From NCBI GenBank assembly GCA_020200025.1, contig JAIVJN010000050.1, positions 1 through 35,856 on the forward strand: 35,856 nucleotides of DNA, written 5' to 3'. Position 1 is the first letter of the stretch, and the number at the start of each line of letters is the position of its first letter. The notes beneath the pieces were generated by a model. That model did no database searches, was not told where the DNA came from, and saw only the letters and a list, made by a program, of their open reading frames with translations. The translations under genes and the position numbers were made by a program. Shown in pieces: positions 1 to 7,320 of this stretch. The DNA comes from Acidobacteriota bacterium (lineage in GTDB: Bacteria; Acidobacteriota; Vicinamibacteria; Vicinamibacterales; UBA2999).

Positions 1-106
1 GTGCTGAGGTACTTAGGTGCTCAGGTACTTAGGTGCTCAGGTACTTAGGTGCTCAGGTACTTGGGTGCCGTGTGCCCGTGTTCCGCCTGCCGACCGCGAG
101 TGCAGC
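1..106. repeat. Tandem 16-nt repeat AGGTACTTAGGTGCTC, 4 copies at 7-70 (last copy degenerate). It may continue beyond the left window edge. Short CCGCCTGCCG and GAGTGCAG words follow.
   Basis: Direct reading: 7-22, 23-38 and 39-54 are identical and 55-70 is AGGTACTTGGGTGCCG. The same GGTRC words recur at 560-660, 23461-23528 and 27031-27230. The overlapping 77-aa ORF (17-250) is a repeat artefact. Confidence 0.85.
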
Positions 107-147
107 CGGCTGGTTCTTAAACCACACTTCCCACGAGGAGGATTCCT

Positions 148-540
148 ATGGGTTCATCCGATCCGCTGTTGGCGCCCTTGCCGGATGCTGAACGCCGCGA
201 GGTTGGCGGCGTCACGCTCGACATCGTTCGGACGGGCGCGTCACGCGTGAAGCGTGTCGTCTACCCCGCCGGCTTCCGCTGGTCGACGCACATGAAGCCC
301 ATCGTTGGGGGCGATCGGTGCATGCACACCCATGTCGGCTTCCTCGCCCGCGGAAGCGTGCACGTCGAGTACGAGGACGGGTGCACCCTCGAGCTGACCG
401 CGCCGCAGGTGATGGCAGTCGAGCCCGGTCACGACGCGTGGGTCGTCGGTCAAGAGCCCGCCGTGCTCATCGAGATCGATTTCGAAGGCGACAGCGTCGA
501 ACGGCTGGGCATGCCAGCGCGGCACAGAGAGCATCGTTAG
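148..540 (+). CDS. Cupin-fold protein of unknown function (130 aa)
   Basis: The ATG lies 8 nt downstream of GAGGAGG. The His-rich beta-barrel pattern (CMHTHVGFLARG ... VEPGHDAWVVGQEP) resembles cupin_2 proteins. The gene is flanked on both sides by word-repeat elements. Confidence 0.75.
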   Translation: MGSSDPLLAPLPDAERREVGGVTLDIVRTGASRVKRVVYPAGFRWSTHMKPIVGGDRCMHTHVGFLARGSVHVEYEDGCTLELTAPQVMAVEPGHDAWVVGQEPAVLIEIDFEGDSVERLGMPARHREHR

Positions 541-730
541 GAGTGCAGAGTTCAACGAACAGGTGCGATGTCCAGGTGCGACAGGTGCGTTAGGTACTCA
601 GGTACTTGGGTGCGGGTGCGGGGCGCGCACACCTAAGTACCTAAGTACCTGACGCACCTCTACCCCGCCTGCCGTCTGCCCCCTGCCGTGTGCGTGTGCC
701 GTATGCCGCCTGCCGCCGTCTGCCGTACGT
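541..730. repeat. Composite intergenic element: a GAGTGCAG module, a GGTRC-word imperfect palindrome around a GCGCGC core, and a CTGCCG-word array
   Basis: The arm at 560-622 is the imperfect inverse of 629-662. The 16-mer at 575-590 is the exact reverse complement of 23510-23525 and 27198-27213. The 14-mer at 541-554 is the exact reverse complement of 24511-24524. Confidence 0.85.
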
Positions 731-747
731 CCACGAGCCCTTAGCGT

Positions 748-753
748 TATGAT
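748..753 (+). promoter_or_regulatory. Possible -10 hexamer TATGAT directly upstream of the cobA GTG (candidate leaderless transcript)
   Basis: TATGAT lies 6 nt before GTG 760 and there is no Shine-Dalgarno sequence. A similar TATACT-6nt-GTG arrangement precedes pyrK. Sequence pattern only. Confidence 0.3.
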
Positions 754-759
754 CCGGCT

Positions 760-1710
760 GTGCCACGCGCGACCGTGTATTTGATTGGCGCCGGCCCAGG
801 AACTCCCGATCTCATCAGCGTGCGAGGACTCCGCTGTTTGCAGGCGGCGGACGTCGTCATCTACGACCACCTGGTCCACCCGCGGCTGTTGAACGAGGCG
901 TCACCACGGGCCGAGAAGATCGACGTCGGACGCGCGGCGCCCGAACGGCTCGATCAAGAGGCGATTTGCTACCTCATCAGCGAGAAGGCACGCGAGGGTC
1001 AGCTCATCGCGCGCCTCAAGTGGGGCGATCCCTTCGTCTTCGATCAGGGCGGCGTCGAAGCGCTCTTCCTGCACGAACAAGGGATCCGATTCGAAGTCGT
1101 GCCCGGTGTGCCTGCCGCAGTGGGCGCGCCGGCGTATGCCGGCATTCCCCTCACCTACCCGGGTGGTGGCGACACGGTGACCTTCGTTCGCGGCCACGAA
1201 TCGGAGGGACGACAGCCCGCGCGTGTTGACTGGCGGGCGCTGGCGTCTCTCGATGGCACGATCGTGTGCTACGCGGGACCGCGCCAGTTGCCCAAGATAC
1301 TCGATGCGCTCCTTTCGCACGGGCGTCCCGGTGACGAAACCGCCGCCATCATCGTGAACGGCACCCTCCCCTCGCAGTCGACGACGACCGGCACGCTCGC
1401 GGAGCTGGCGCGCACCGTGCGCGAACAGTGGCAAGCGTCGCCCGCCCTGCTCGTCGTGGGCGACGTGGTCGGGCTGCGCGAGCATCTCCGATGGTTCGAC
1501 GAACGGCCCCTCTTCGGCCGCCGGGTGCTCGTGACGCGCTCACGCGATCAGGCCGGAGAGACGATTGGATCGTATTCACGAGCGCCAATGGCGCCAACGC
1601 ATTCCTGGATCGGCTGCTGGCCGGCGCGCGCGATGTGCGTGCCCTCGCCGACGCCAAGCTGTGCGCGGTGGGCCCCGGCACCGGCGGCAGGCTGGCACGT
1701 CTCGGGTTGA
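760..1710 (+). CDS. cobA: Uroporphyrinogen-III C-methyltransferase (CobA/SUMT) domain fused to the start of HemD. The ORF leaves the HemD frame near 1562, so its last ~50 codons are out-of-frame read-through.
   Basis: N-terminus VYLIGAGPGTPDLISVRGLRCLQAADVVIYD, and later GDPFVFDQGGVEALFL, are typical SUMT motifs. The HemD start RRVLVTRSRDQAGE appears at ~1519-1560. Confidence 0.85.
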   Translation: MPRATVYLIGAGPGTPDLISVRGLRCLQAADVVIYDHLVHPRLLNEASPRAEKIDVGRAAPERLDQEAICYLISEKAREGQLIARLKWGDPFVFDQGGVEALFLHEQGIRFEVVPGVPAAVGAPAYAGIPLTYPGGGDTVTFVRGHESEGRQPARVDWRALASLDGTIVCYAGPRQLPKILDALLSHGRPGDETAAIIVNGTLPSQSTTTGTLAELARTVREQWQASPALLVVGDVVGLREHLRWFDERPLFGRRVLVTRSRDQAGETIGSYSRAPMAPTHSWIGCWPARAMCVPSPTPSCARWAPAPAAGWHVSG

Positions 1711-2198
1711 AAGTGGATCTCATACCCGAGGATCATCGGGCCGAAGGGATCGTGGCCGCGATGAGCGAGCTCGGCGGCCTCGAGGGTTGTCGTGTGCTCT
1801 TCCCAAAAGCCGACATTGCGCGAGATGTGGTCCCCGAGCAACTGCGCGCCGCCGGTGCCATCGTCGACGAAGTCGTGGCCTACCGCACCATCACCGCGGA
1901 GCCGGACGCTCATCTCGACATGTATCGGCAGCTCCTCGACCGGCGCATCGACGTGGTGACGTTCTCGAGCGCGTCGGCGGTGCGGGCGTTCGTCGCCATC
2001 TACGGTGACGAGCAGGCGGCCGATCTCCTCAGCCACACCGCTGTCGCCACCATCGGGCCAGTCACGGCGGACGCGGCGGCCCGCTATCAGATCCAACCGT
2101 CGATCATGCCGGAGACCTCGACGATACCGGCACTGGTCGACGCGATTGTCGCGCACTTCCGCGCCGCGGCGCCCGCCGCCCCCGAGCTGCTGACGTGA
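1560..2198 (+). pseudogene. hemD: Uroporphyrinogen-III synthase (HemD) portion of the cobA-hemD fusion. It sits in a different frame and lacks roughly 40 N-terminal-domain residues.
   Basis: The frame-0 translation DDWIVFTSANGANAF ... VVTFSSASAVRAF ... ATIGPVTA matches the HemD (HEM4) layout. It is joined directly to RDQAGE of the other frame at ~1561-1565. Confidence 0.8.
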
Positions 2199-3180
2199 CG
2201 CAAATCGCCACCACTCTGGCGCTTGCCCGCCGGATGCGGCGACTGCGCCGCTCGACAGCCATTCGCGGTCTGGTTCGCGAGACGAGACTAGCTGTCGATC
2301 AATTGATTTACCCGCTGTTCATCTGCGCGGGCCACGGCGTCCGACGTGACGTTCAGTCGATGCCTGGTGTGGCGCAGCTTTCGGTGTTCGCGAGGCCGCG
2401 GCCGCCCACGGGCAAGGCATCCCCGCCGTGCTGCTCTTCGGTCTGCCGCCGACCAAGGACGATGACGGCACGGCGGCCTACGACATGCGGGGACCGGTGC
2501 AGCAAGCCGTCGCGGCGCTCAAGGCCGCCCTGCCCGATCTTCTGGTGATCACCGATGTCTGCCTGTGCGAGTACACGTCGCACGGCCACTGCGGCGTTCT
2601 CGACCAAGCCGAGATTGCCAACGACCTCACCGTCGAGCGCCTGGTCCGCACCGCGGTCTCGCACTCCGTGGCAGGAGCAGACATGGTGGCGCCGTCAGAC
2701 ATGATGGATGGCCGCGTCGCCGCGATTCGCACGGCGCTCGACGCGCGCGGCTTCGAGCGAGTGGCGATCATGGCCTATGCCGCGAAGTACTGTTCCGGCT
2801 TCTACGGCCCCTTTCGCGAGGCCGTCGATTCGGCGCCGATGTTCGGCGACCGGCGCAGCCATCAGATGGATCCCGCCAACGCCGACGAGGCGCTGCGCGA
2901 GGTCGAGCTCGACATCGCCGAAGGCGCGGACATCGTGATGATCAAACCGGCGATGCCGTACCTGGATGTTCTCTGGCGCGTCAAATCGCGTTTCGGCTAT
3001 CCCACGGCCGCCTACCAGGTGAGCGGCGAGTACTCGATGATCAAGGCCGCGGCGCGAAATGGCTGGATTGACGAAGAGCGTGCGATGCTGGAATCGCTGA
3101 CCGCCATCCGCCGCGCCGGCGCCGACATGATCGTCACCTACTTTGCGCGCGACTTCGCCCGCGCGCTCGGAAAGGGTTAA
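2195..3180 (+). pseudogene. hemB: Porphobilinogen synthase (HemB/ALAD) with a reading-frame break near 2385-2395. The N-terminal ~65 aa are in one frame and the remainder is in the 2428..3180 ORF frame.
   Basis: The N-terminal frame gives [38 protein letters not shown]. The second frame gives [53 protein letters not shown]. Only a few nt appear to be lost or gained. Confidence 0.85.
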
Positions 3181-3187
3181 CAGGCCC

Positions 3188-4957
3188 ATGCGCGAGGCGG
3201 TGCAACTCGGTGTCAGAACCGGTAGCCATGAGCGTGCCTCTCGTCAGGGCGCCTCCTGCGGCCTGCTCGTTGCGGTGCTGCTCGTTGCGGTGCTGCTCTC
3301 AGCGGCCGGGTGCGCAGGCGGTCAAAGCCCACCGGCGCCTAGTGCCGACATCATCATCAGAGGCGCCACGATCGTCGATGGCTCGGGAACGTCGGCGCGG
3401 CGCGGGGACGTCGCCATCAAGGACGGGACCATCGTCGCCGTCGACGAGCAACTCTCCATTGAGGCGGAGCGGGTCATCGATGCCAAAGGCCGCGTGCTGG
3501 CGCCCGGGTTCATCGACCTGCACAGCCACTCGGATATCCCGCTGGTGACCGACGGGAACGCGCAAAGCAAGATTCGGCAAGGCGTGACTACCGAGGTGAT
3601 CGGCGAATCGGGCTCGGTGGCGCCGCGCAAGGATGCGGCACCGGGATCACCCTGGACCGATTTCGACGGCTATTTCGCAGCGCTCGAAAAGAACGGCATC
3701 TCGGTGAACGTGTTGTCGTACGTCGGCCTCGGCACGGTGCGCGAGCTCGTCGTCGGTGAAGAAGACCGGCCGGCTACCGCCGAGGACGTGCAAGGGATGC
3801 GCGCCCTCGTGCAACGCGCACTTGATCAAGGCGTATTCGGCGTGTCCACTGGCCTCATCTATCCCCCGAACGCCTACGCCTCGCTCGACGAGCTCGTGGC
3901 ACTCTCGCAGCTAGCCGGTGCAGCGAACGGCTTGCACGCCTCACACCTTCGTTACGACGGTGCCAAGCTGCGCGAGGGGTTGGAGGAGATCATCGCAATC
4001 GGCGAACGCGGTGCCGTTCCCGTTCACATCTTCCACGTGAAAGTCACCGGAGCACGAAACTTCGGTCGCATGAAAGAAGTGATTGAGATCGTCGAGGCGG
4101 CACGCGCCCGTGGCGTGACCGTCAGCGCTGACCAGTATCCCTATGTAGCCAGCAGCACCAGCCTCACGGCGACGATTCCGCAGTGGGCGGAGAATGGTGG
4201 CAGCGACCGCCTGATCGAGCGCCTCAAGGATCCGAAACTGCGCGCCCGCATACGCAAGGACATGGAGGATCCCAACCCCACCTGGGAGAATCGCTACCAG
4301 TCGGCCGGAACGTGGGACAACATCCAGCTTGCCTCGATCGGCCGCACGCGCGGCGGTAACGGGACGAGCCAGTCGCCCAATCGAAAGTACGAGGGCATGC
4401 GCATCGGGCAAGCCGCGAAGCTGGCAGGCAAGGATCCCTTCGCCTTCGTGTTCGACCTGCTGATCGAGGAGAAGGGATCGGTCGGTTGCGTGTACTTCAT
4501 CATGTCGGAAGATGATCTGAAACTGGCGCTGCGCCAGCCCTGGGTCGGCATCGGCTCCGATGGCTCGGCGCTGGCGACCGAAGGACCGCTGAAGACGGGC
4601 GTGCCGCACCCGCGCAACTTCGGGACGTTTCCGCGCGTCCTGGGACGATACGTACGCGAGCAGCAGGTGATCAGCCTGGAGGAGGCGATTCGCAAGATGA
4701 CGTCGCTCCCCGCCAGCATCCTCGGATTACCCGACCGCGGCACGATCGCGGCGGGAAAGCAGGCCGACCTCGTGCTCTTCGATCCGGGCACCGTCACCGA
4801 TCGCGCGACGTTCGAAGACCCGTTCCAGTATCCCGTCGGCATCGATACGGTCATCGTCAACGGCGAGGTCGTGCTCGATGACGGGCGGCATACGAACGCG
4901 CGACCGGGTCGGGTGCTCAAGCGGAGAGACAATCGCTCCACCGATTCTCGGGATTGA
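3188..4957 (+). CDS. N-acyl-D-amino-acid deacylase (D-aminoacylase) family amidohydrolase, probable lipoprotein
   Basis: The sequence IIIRGATIVDGSG..DVAIKDGTIVAV..VLAPGFIDLHSHSD and the C-terminal GSDG..HPR.FGTFPRVLGRYVRE match the D-aminoacylase layout. The N-terminal hydrophobic segment ends in AAGC (lipobox-like). Start chosen at ATG 3188. Confidence 0.85.
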   Translation: MREAVQLGVRTGSHERASRQGASCGLLVAVLLVAVLLSAAGCAGGQSPPAPSADIIIRGATIVDGSGTSARRGDVAIKDGTIVAVDEQLSIEAERVIDAKGRVLAPGFIDLHSHSDIPLVTDGNAQSKIRQGVTTEVIGESGSVAPRKDAAPGSPWTDFDGYFAALEKNGISVNVLSYVGLGTVRELVVGEEDRPATAEDVQGMRALVQRALDQGVFGVSTGLIYPPNAYASLDELVALSQLAGAANGLHASHLRYDGAKLREGLEEIIAIGERGAVPVHIFHVKVTGARNFGRMKEVIEIVEAARARGVTVSADQYPYVASSTSLTATIPQWAENGGSDRLIERLKDPKLRARIRKDMEDPNPTWENRYQSAGTWDNIQLASIGRTRGGNGTSQSPNRKYEGMRIGQAAKLAGKDPFAFVFDLLIEEKGSVGCVYFIMSEDDLKLALRQPWVGIGSDGSALATEGPLKTGVPHPRNFGTFPRVLGRYVREQQVISLEEAIRKMTSLPASILGLPDRGTIAAGKQADLVLFDPGTVTDRATFEDPFQYPVGIDTVIVNGEVVLDDGRHTNARPGRVLKRRDNRSTDSRD

Positions 4958-5021
4958 GATGGGGCTGCTGCCGCAATGACATTCGTGTCCGCGCCACGCG
5001 CTCACATCGCTTGATCTCGTC

Positions 5022-6326
5022 GTGCGAAGCCAGAAGCCGATCAAATCGACCAAGCTGTTCGCCCGGGCAGAGAACGTGATGCCGGGCGGCGTGAGCAGCC
5101 CGGTGCGTGCGTTCAAGGCGGTCGGCGGCACACCGAGGTTCATCGCGCGGGCGTCAGGTGCGCGGCTCACCGATGTCGACGGCAAGGCGTATATCGACTA
5201 CGTGATGTCGTGGGGTCCTTTCATCCACGGCCACGCGCCTCGCGGCCTGGCTGCGGCGTTATCGCGGCAGGCGCGGCTCGGCACCAGCTTCGGGGCTCCG
5301 ACCGCACAAGAAGTGGAGATGGCCGAGCGGGTGCGCGAGCTCGTGCCGTCGATGGCCCGCGTCCGCTTCGTCAGCTCCGGGACCGAGGCGACGATGAGCG
5401 TCGTGCGGGTGGCTCGCGCGGCAACGACGCGCGAGAAGATCATCAAGTTCGAGGGCTGCTACCACGGTCACGCCGATGCGTTCCTCGTCAAGGCCGGATC
5501 GGGCGCGCTGACACTCGGATCTCCTACGAGCCCGGGCATCCCGGCAGGAGCGGTCTCGACCACGCTCGTCGCCGCGTACAACAATCTTCCGTCAATCGAA
5601 CAGCTTTGCACCGTCCACCGCGCCGAGATTGCGGCGATCATCATCGAGCCGGTCGCTGGCAACATGGGAGTCGTCTTGCCCGAGCCCGGGTTCCTTGCCG
5701 GACTTCGTGAGCTGTGCACGCGCGAGGGCATGCTGTTGATCTTCGACGAAGTGATGACGGGGTTTCGGCTGGCGCCGGGCGGCGCCCAGCAACTCTTCGG
5801 CATCACTCCGGATCTGACCTGCCTGGGCAAGATCATCGGCGGCGGCTTGCCGGTGGCGGCGTATGGGGGGCGGGCCGATCTGATGGACCTGGTCTCCCCA
5901 AGCGGTCCCGTCTATCAGGCCGGCACGCTGTCGGGCAATCCCATGGCGATGGTGGCGGGCCTGTGGGCGCTCAAACGGCTCTCGAAGGGTTTGTATGCGA
6001 CGCTGAGCGGACTCGGCGAGCGCCTGGCACTCGGCTTGTCGGATGCGGCCCGACGTGCCGGCGTGCCTCTGCAGGTCAACGCGATCGGATCGATGATCAC
6101 CCCGTTCTTCACCGCCGCGCCGGTGCGCGACCTGACGAGCGCACTCACGGCGGACACCCGCGCGTTTGCGACGTTTTTCCAGCGGATGCTCGAAGCGGGC
6201 GTCTACGTGCCGCCGTCGCAATTCGAATCGTGGTTTATCTCGACGGCGCACACGCGGAAGGATATCGATCAGACGATCACTGCAGCGCGCGCGGCGATGG
6301 AGAAGGTGGCGGCAGCCACCGGATAA
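5022..6326 (+). CDS. hemL: Glutamate-1-semialdehyde 2,1-aminomutase
   Basis: The sequence LFARAENVMPGGVSSPVRAFKAVGG and FDEVMTGFR..GKIIGGGLP is the classic HemL/class-III aminotransferase signature. Full length, 434 aa. Confidence 0.95.
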   Translation: MRSQKPIKSTKLFARAENVMPGGVSSPVRAFKAVGGTPRFIARASGARLTDVDGKAYIDYVMSWGPFIHGHAPRGLAAALSRQARLGTSFGAPTAQEVEMAERVRELVPSMARVRFVSSGTEATMSVVRVARAATTREKIIKFEGCYHGHADAFLVKAGSGALTLGSPTSPGIPAGAVSTTLVAAYNNLPSIEQLCTVHRAEIAAIIIEPVAGNMGVVLPEPGFLAGLRELCTREGMLLIFDEVMTGFRLAPGGAQQLFGITPDLTCLGKIIGGGLPVAAYGGRADLMDLVSPSGPVYQAGTLSGNPMAMVAGLWALKRLSKGLYATLSGLGERLALGLSDAARRAGVPLQVNAIGSMITPFFTAAPVRDLTSALTADTRAFATFFQRMLEAGVYVPPSQFESWFISTAHTRKDIDQTITAARAAMEKVAAATG

Positions 6327-6361
6327 CCGGGTTACTCTCGCGCGACCGCGGAGCAACCCGG
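6327..6361. terminator. Hairpin between convergent hemL and the 6369..7142 gene
   Basis: CCGGGTT (6327-6333) pairs with AACCCGG (6355-6361), and an inner CTCGCG/CGCGGAG stem lies between them. No U-tract. The position between two stop codons suggests a bidirectional terminator. Confidence 0.45.
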
Positions 6362-6368
6362 CCTTCTG

Positions 6369-7142
6369 TTATCTGATCGTCAGCGGCTGGTCGATGCGGA
6401 TGCGGAGCACGGTGCCGGCGGGGAGCCGCACGTCTTCGCCTTCGGTGGCCGCGACGACGGTCACCGTCGCGCGAAGCGGATACGAGCGCCCGTTCACGGA
6501 GATCTGGTCGAAGGTGAGCGTCAGGCTTCCCTTACGCTCGACTCGCCCGGCCTCTTTCACATCGCTCACGACGCCGCGCACGCGCGACCCGGCCGGAATG
6601 AGCACGCGACCCTCCTCGCGGAGGTCGACTTCGGTCGTGGCTTCGAAGCGATCCTCGACCTGTGCCGTGTTCGAGCTGAGCGCCGTCTCCAGGCGAACGT
6701 CGAGCTCGGTGCCGACCGGGATCGTGCCGCGAGAGGACCCCGATCGAGACGAGGTGGAGGACGACGAGCGCGAATCGCCGACCGGCGCGGTGGAGGTCGA
6801 CGCATACGCGCCAGACGCGCCATCGTCGCCGCGAGCCCGTCCGCGCAGATTCTCGAGCTGGTCACGGACGTCGAGGAACGCCGCGCGCGGCACATTCCGC
6901 TCCTTGCGCTGCTTCACTTTGAGATAGATGACTTCTTCCTGGAGCTCATCCAATTGGGATTGAAGGGTACGCGCCGCCGCGGCGTCGCGCCTGCGGAGCG
7001 TCGCGATGTCGGTGCCGATGTCGTTGACCGTCTCCTGCAACCGCTCGATGTCGGCCGAGGACATGTCCTGTGCGGCGACGGGCGCCGTCAGGATCACCGT
7101 CGTCGCTATCGCGAAAAGCGCCTGCCACACTTTGCCGCGCAT
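6369..7142 (-). CDS. Secreted hypothetical protein: signal peptide, coiled-coil segment, Ser-rich linker and a C-terminal beta-rich domain
   Basis: A strong AAGGAGG lies 7 nt upstream of the ATG. The N-terminus ends in VAAQD. The heptad-like segment is DIERLQETVNDIGTDIATLRR..LDELQEEVIYLK. The C-terminal pattern is IPVGTELDVRLETALSS..IPAGSRVRGVV. Confidence 0.8.
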   Translation of the reverse strand: MRGKVWQALFAIATTVILTAPVAAQDMSSADIERLQETVNDIGTDIATLRRRDAAAARTLQSQLDELQEEVIYLKVKQRKERNVPRAAFLDVRDQLENLRGRARGDDGASGAYASTSTAPVGDSRSSSSTSSRSGSSRGTIPVGTELDVRLETALSSNTAQVEDRFEATTEVDLREEGRVLIPAGSRVRGVVSDVKEAGRVERKGSLTLTFDQISVNGRSYPLRATVTVVAATEGEDVRLPAGTVLRIRIDQPLTIR

Positions 7143-7254
7143 GAGAGCCTCCTTGCTCGGTGACGGTCGCCGAGAGGACAGCTCTGTCCCCTGACGATCT
7201 CATCAGTGAGACGCCCAACCGTCGAAATCTGGCGACGGCGGGCGGCTCTGTGAG

Positions 7255-7320
7255 CTACAGCAAGATTTGGGCCTTCACAGGCCCCAGGCTACGGGCTTCA
7301 GGCTCCGGGCTTGGGGCTAC
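7255..7320. repeat. GGCT/GGCC word repeat abutting the rseP stop codon
   Basis: The run CAGGCCCCAGGCTACGGGCTTCAGGCTCCGGGCTTGGGGCTACAGGCT has words spaced 7-8 nt apart. The last word supplies the final rseP codons and stop. Related words occur at 9829-9926. Confidence 0.5.

Noticed and set aside
1-70. Possible CRISPR array; the same question applies to the heptamer tract at 24398-24425
   Set aside because: The units are 16 nt and 7 nt and are directly abutting with no unique spacers. There are no cas genes in the window. These are simple tandem repeats.
541-759. Cobalamin or other riboswitch upstream of cobA
   Set aside because: The spacer is explained by word repeats shared with unrelated loci. 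I could not recognise a B12-box or other riboswitch core.
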